A stretch of 10,290 bases of DNA. It comes from Caedimonas varicaedens. Lineage in GTDB: Bacteria; Pseudomonadota; Alphaproteobacteria; Caedimonadales; Caedimonadaceae. The notes below the pieces were generated by a model. It did no database searches. It was given only the letters and a program-made list of their open reading frames with translations, and was not told the origin of the DNA. The stretch lies in contig BBVC01000080.1 of assembly GCA_001192655.1 (NCBI GenBank), positions 1 to 10,290 on the forward strand, in the 5' to 3' direction. Of the stretch, positions 7,473-10,290 are shown one piece after another (the first letter of the stretch is position 1; every line of letters starts with the position of its first letter). A program made the position numbers and the translations under genes.

Positions 7473-8675
7473 TTAGTTAAGAACGCTGAATGCCTTGCCA
7501 ATCAGCATGCACGCTTCTTTTAACGTATTGGCGTCTGTTGCGTAAGATATTCTGAAGTAAGGAGAAAGACCAAAAGCAGCGCCATGAACAACAGAGATAC
7601 CCACAGATTCCAGAAGATACTGGCATACCTCTTCATCATTGGAAAGGACATGACCCTGAGGCGTCTTTTTACCCAAAATACCTTCACAAGAAGGATAAAG
7701 ATAGAAAGCTCCCTGTGGCACAACACAGGAAAGACCTGGAATAGTTCTAACCCCTTCCATAACAAGGTCTCTTCTTTTCTTAAAAGATTGTCGCCAATCT
7801 TTCAGAAATGTCTGATTGCCCTGAAGAGCAGCAACGGTTGCAGCCTGGGAAATAGAGCAAGGGTTTGACGTACTATGGGACTGAAGATCGGTCATTGCTT
7901 TGATAAGCTGGCGGGGACCGCCTCCATATCCCAACCGCCAGCCTGTCATAGCATAGGATTTAGAGACTCCATTCATTGTCAGGGTTCTCTCCTTAAGCCG
8001 AGGCTCCAGTTGCACCAAAGTCCAAAATGGACTCTCTGTAAAGAGAATATGTTCGTAAATATCATCAGAAAGGATATAAACATGGGGATGCGCTCTTAAT
8101 ACTTCTGCAAGCCCTAAGAGTTCATCTTTGGAATAGACGCTACCTGTAGGATTTCCGGGAGAATTAAGAATAAGCCATTTTGTTCGGGGAGTAATCGCGC
8201 GCGTTAGCTGTTCCGGTGTCATTTTAAACCCCTGAGACTCTGGACAAGGAACAAGGACAGAGGTTCCTTCAGCAATGGTCACCATGTCAGGATAAGAAAC
8301 CCAATAGGGAGCAGGAATAATGACCTCATCTCCCGGGTTAAGTGTTGCCAAAAGAGCATTAAAAATAATATGTTTTCCCCCTGAAGAGGCAATAATTTCC
8401 TCAGGTGCGTATTGAAGATCATTTTCTTTCCTGAACTTTTCAGCAATAGCTCGTTTAAGCTCAGGTGTTCCACCTACTGCCGTGTAACGTGTTTGACCTT
8501 TTTGCATTGCTTCCGTAGCGGCATCACAAATCCAGGCGGGCGTTGCAAAATCAGGTTCACCCGCTGAAAGAGAAAGAATATGTTTCCCCTGGGCTTTAAG
8601 CTCAGCCGCCTGTTGTGTTGCTCCCAGAGTAGGGGATGGTTTGACCGATAAAAGACGTTTGCTGATAAGGGACAT
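7473..8675 (-). CDS. aatA: Aspartate aminotransferase, class I PLP-dependent (AatA type)
   Basis: 400 aa. Motifs are SAGEPDFATP, LNPGDEVIIPAPYWVSYP, NSPGNPTG, the PLP-lysine motif NGVSKSYAMTGWRLGY, and C-terminal RISYAT. The protein is colinear with rhizobial AatA as I recall it. The ATG lies 2 nt after the upp stop, and the GGAG inside the last upp codons can serve as its RBS. Confidence 0.95.
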   Translation of the reverse strand: MSLISKRLLSVKPSPTLGATQQAAELKAQGKHILSLSAGEPDFATPAWICDAATEAMQKGQTRYTAVGGTPELKRAIAEKFRKENDLQYAPEEIIASSGGKHIIFNALLATLNPGDEVIIPAPYWVSYPDMVTIAEGTSVLVPCPESQGFKMTPEQLTRAITPRTKWLILNSPGNPTGSVYSKDELLGLAEVLRAHPHVYILSDDIYEHILFTESPFWTLVQLEPRLKERTLTMNGVSKSYAMTGWRLGYGGGPRQLIKAMTDLQSHSTSNPCSISQAATVAALQGNQTFLKDWRQSFKKRRDLVMEGVRTIPGLSCVVPQGAFYLYPSCEGILGKKTPQGHVLSNDEEVCQYLLESVGISVVHGAAFGLSPYFRISYATDANTLKEACMLIGKAFSVLN

Positions 8676-8677
8676 GT

Positions 8678-9322
8678 TTACTCCGTGCCGAACAGGCGAT
8701 CTCCCGCATCTCCCAATCCGGGAACGATGTAGGCATTTTCATCCAATTTTTCATCCAAAGCTGCGGTATAAACCCTGACATTGGGATGGGCTTCAGAAAA
8801 TACTTTAACACCTTCAGGTGCGGCCACTAAAGAGAGAAAAAGAATATTATGATCTTCAATTCCTCGTTGATTAAGGATATCTACTGCATAAACAGCTGAA
8901 TAGCCCGTTGCCAGCATAGGATCTACCAGAATAAAAGTTCTGCTGTGGGTTAAGGGAACTTTAACCATATATTCAACAGGACGTTTGGTTTCATGGTCAC
9001 GATAAAGACCAATATGTCCTATGCGTGCCGTAGGCAAAAGATCCATAAGACCATCCGCCATGACCAAACCGGCGCGTAAAATAGGAACAACGGCAACCTT
9101 TTCATCTTCAATCATCGTGGCTTGCAAACGCGCCAAAGGTGTTTCTACTTCATGCGAAATGGTCGGAAGATGGCGTGTCACCTCATATCCCATCAGCAAA
9201 GCAATTTCTCGCATAAGCTGTCGAAAACGAGGAGCACTTCTATTCTTGTCACGCATCAGGGTCAATTTATGCTGAATAAGAGGATGGGTAAGGATGTGCA
9301 GATTTTTGAAGTTATTTGTCAT
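8678..9322 (-). CDS. upp: Uracil phosphoribosyltransferase
   Basis: 214 aa. [15 protein letters not shown] matches the Upp N-terminus. The PRPP loop [17 protein letters not shown] and the uracil-binding [16 protein letters not shown] are present. No Shine-Dalgarno box lies upstream of the ATG (see findings). Confidence 0.96.
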   Translation of the reverse strand: MTNNFKNLHILTHPLIQHKLTLMRDKNRSAPRFRQLMREIALLMGYEVTRHLPTISHEVETPLARLQATMIEDEKVAVVPILRAGLVMADGLMDLLPTARIGHIGLYRDHETKRPVEYMVKVPLTHSRTFILVDPMLATGYSAVYAVDILNQRGIEDHNILFLSLVAAPEGVKVFSEAHPNVRVYTAALDEKLDENAYIVPGLGDAGDRLFGTE

Positions 9323-9387
9323 ATGGATTATACTCTAGAATAAATTACCTTTTTCCCCTTTAAAGGGCGAGAAAACAACCAGACACA

Positions 9388-9461
9388 TGGAGCGGGTGAA
9401 GGGAATCGAACCCTCGTCGTAAGCTTGGGAAGCTTCTGCTCTACCATTGAGCTACACCCGC
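9388..9461 (-). tRNA. tRNA-Gly (anticodon CCC), CCA encoded
   Basis: The minus strand reads GCGGGTG TA GCTC AATGGTA GAGC A GAAGC TTCCCAA GCTTA CGAC GAGGG TTCGATT CCCTT CACCCGC T CCA, 74 nt in total. It folds into a full cloverleaf with a 7-bp acceptor stem, a 4-bp D stem, an anticodon stem with one 27:43 mismatch, and a 5-bp T stem with a TTCGATT loop. The discriminator is U73, as in bacterial tRNA-Gly. Confidence 0.95.
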
Positions 9462-9480
9462 CTTGAAAATATCTGATTTT

Positions 9481-9509
9481 GTTATAATCGTATCATCTCC
9501 TGCACGCAA
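9481..9509 (-). promoter_or_regulatory. Candidate sigma70-like promoter for tRNA-Gly
   Basis: The minus strand reads TTGCGT (plus 9504-9509), then a 17-nt spacer, then TATAAC (plus 9481-9486). The -10 box ends 19 nt before the mature tRNA 5' end, which is compatible with a short RNase P-processed leader. This is a sequence match only. Confidence 0.4.
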
Positions 9510-9836
9510 GAGTACAAATAGTGTAAAAATATGTTTTCATCAGGGAATATCTGGCCAGAAAAGCCTGCAAGGCCTTAAATATTGAGACTAGACGGGCATA
9601 AAAACTTTAATATTTAAAATATCTTTCTTTTTCAATAAATTGTCAGAATTCTTATTCAAGAAGTGAGAGAGTGTTCGTAACCCCCCGAAAAAGTGTCTGA
9701 ATTTTTTTCTCAAAATTGACTCGCAGCTCTCGACAGTAGGTTAAAAAAGAGTTACCCTTAAGATGTAGTTTAATAATTATTGTATAATTCTTTTTAAAAT
9801 TGTCTGCTAATCAAGTAAATTTTGTAGGAGGTAAAG

Positions 9837-10007
9837 ATGTCTATACTTATTCATATTGATAGATTAAGAGAAAAACATTCTCAATTAGAAGATTATATCT
9901 CTCTTGAATACTTGAGACCACTTCCAAATACTCAGATCATTTCAAATTTAAAACATAGAAAATTATTGATCAAGGATGAAATTGAGCGTCTTGCTCAAGC
10001 TTCATAG
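9837..10007 (+). CDS. DUF465/YdcH-like small protein (56 aa), not in the supplied ORF track
   Basis: Translation: MSILIHIDRLREKHSQLEDYISLEYLRPLPNTQIISNLKHRKLLIKDEIERLAQAS*. A strong RBS, AGGAGG (9826-9831), lies 5 nt upstream of the ATG. The pattern H..L...I..E......D...I..LK..KL.LKDEI..L is the DUF465 (YdcH) signature as I recall it. A rho-independent terminator follows. Confidence 0.75.
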   Translation: MSILIHIDRLREKHSQLEDYISLEYLRPLPNTQIISNLKHRKLLIKDEIERLAQAS

Positions 10008-10056
10008 AGAATTTCTTCCCCTAGGGCGTCTTCAAAGCTCTTTTTAACTCAAAACT

Positions 10057-10090
10057 ACTCGGGAATATTTTTGTTCCCGAGTTTTTCTTT
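10057..10090 (+). terminator. Rho-independent terminator downstream of the DUF465-like ORF
   Basis: ACTCGGGAA (10057-10065) pairs perfectly with TTCCCGAGT (10074-10082), giving a 9-bp stem around an 8-nt loop. It is followed immediately by TTTTCTTT. Confidence 0.75.
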
Positions 10091-10136
10091 GACGATAAGT
10101 TTAGTCAGTACACGTCATTAATTCTATTTGCATTCA

Positions 10137-10145
10137 TGATATAAT
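10137..10145 (+). promoter_or_regulatory. Possible extended -10 promoter element (TGaTATAAT) for the downstream gene
   Basis: There is an exact TGnTATAAT match at 10137-10145, located after the terminator. No convincing -35 is present (TTAATT-like at best). The background is AT-rich, so chance matches are common. Confidence 0.3.
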
Positions 10146-10273
10146 GCTCCTCATAATTTAGACTACTTGATTGAGGAGATTTTAGATCATAAATGCCAAT
10201 GAGAAAGGAGCATCATATAGCTAAAAACCTTTAAAATGGTTATATTATGGATAATTTTTAAGAGGATTATTCC

Positions 10274-10290
10274 ATGACTGTCAACATCGG
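10274..10290 (+). CDS. 5' end of an unidentified CDS running off the window (MTVNI...)
   Basis: The ATG at 10274 is preceded by AGAGGA (10261-10266) with a 7-nt spacer. Only 5 complete codons are visible, so neither function nor reality of the ORF can be judged. Confidence 0.3.

Noticed and set aside
7460-7501. TTG start at 7501 for the GNAT ORF, as in the ORF track
   Set aside because: It would overlap the aminotransferase gene by 29 nt and add a non-conserved-looking extension (ARHSAFLTKKTIG). The ATGs at 7459 and 7453, just after the aatA stop, are more plausible. The choice remains unverified.
9356-9367. Palindrome CCCTTTAAAGGG between tRNA-Gly and upp, a possible tRNA terminator
   Set aside because: As a hairpin it gives at most a 4-bp stem with a 4-nt loop. 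On the minus strand it is followed by GAAAAAGG rather than a U-tract.
9388-9461. tRNA-Gly as an integration site for a genomic island
   Set aside because: There is no integrase or recombinase gene, and no direct repeat of the tRNA 3' half anywhere in the window. The genes downstream of the tRNA 3' end are core metabolism (upp, aatA).
1-10290. Searched for CRISPR repeats, IS or transposon ends, long direct or inverted repeats, and defence or toxin-antitoxin gene pairs
   Set aside because: I found none by eye. The only recurring strings are words of 10 nt or less (for example TTTGAATAGT at 41-50 and 7399-7408), which are expected by chance in 10 kb. The GNAT has no adjacent small RHH/DUF1778-type partner, so a GNAT toxin-antitoxin reading is unsupported.

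Overview
This window looks like an ordinary, mostly housekeeping chromosomal segment from a moderately AT-rich bacterium. An alphaproteobacterium fits best: the aspartate aminotransferase closely resembles rhizobial AatA as I recall it, the GluRS is a short form of about 450 aa, and there is a DUF465/YdcH-like mini-protein. That taxon call is inference only. Gene order left to right: a csoR-like metal-sensor gene with a MauE/DoxX-like membrane protein gene (- strand); divergent gltX-cysS-trmJ (+ strand, tightly packed); convergent miaB (-); an AT-rich orphan gene for a signal-peptide protein (+); a co-directional array tRNA-Gly(CCC), upp, aatA-type aminotransferase and GNAT acetyltransferase (-); then a 56-aa DUF465-like ORF that is absent from the supplied ORF track, with its own terminator (+), and the first codons of another + strand gene. 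All enzyme ORFs are full length with intact catalytic motifs. I found no CRISPR array, transposase, integrase, phage genes, long repeats, or recognisable defence or toxin-antitoxin system. I do not think the window holds a clear novel multi-gene system. The points most worth a second look are: (1) the CsoR-type repressor, whose perfect palindromic operator sits in its own promoter spacer and whose only visible cargo is a CxC membrane protein rather than a copper exporter; (2) the orphan secreted protein in an AT-rich pocket between miaB and the GNAT gene; (3) the untracked DUF465 mini-gene; (4) the odd translation-initiation context of upp. All functional calls come from motif recognition by eye, with no database search.
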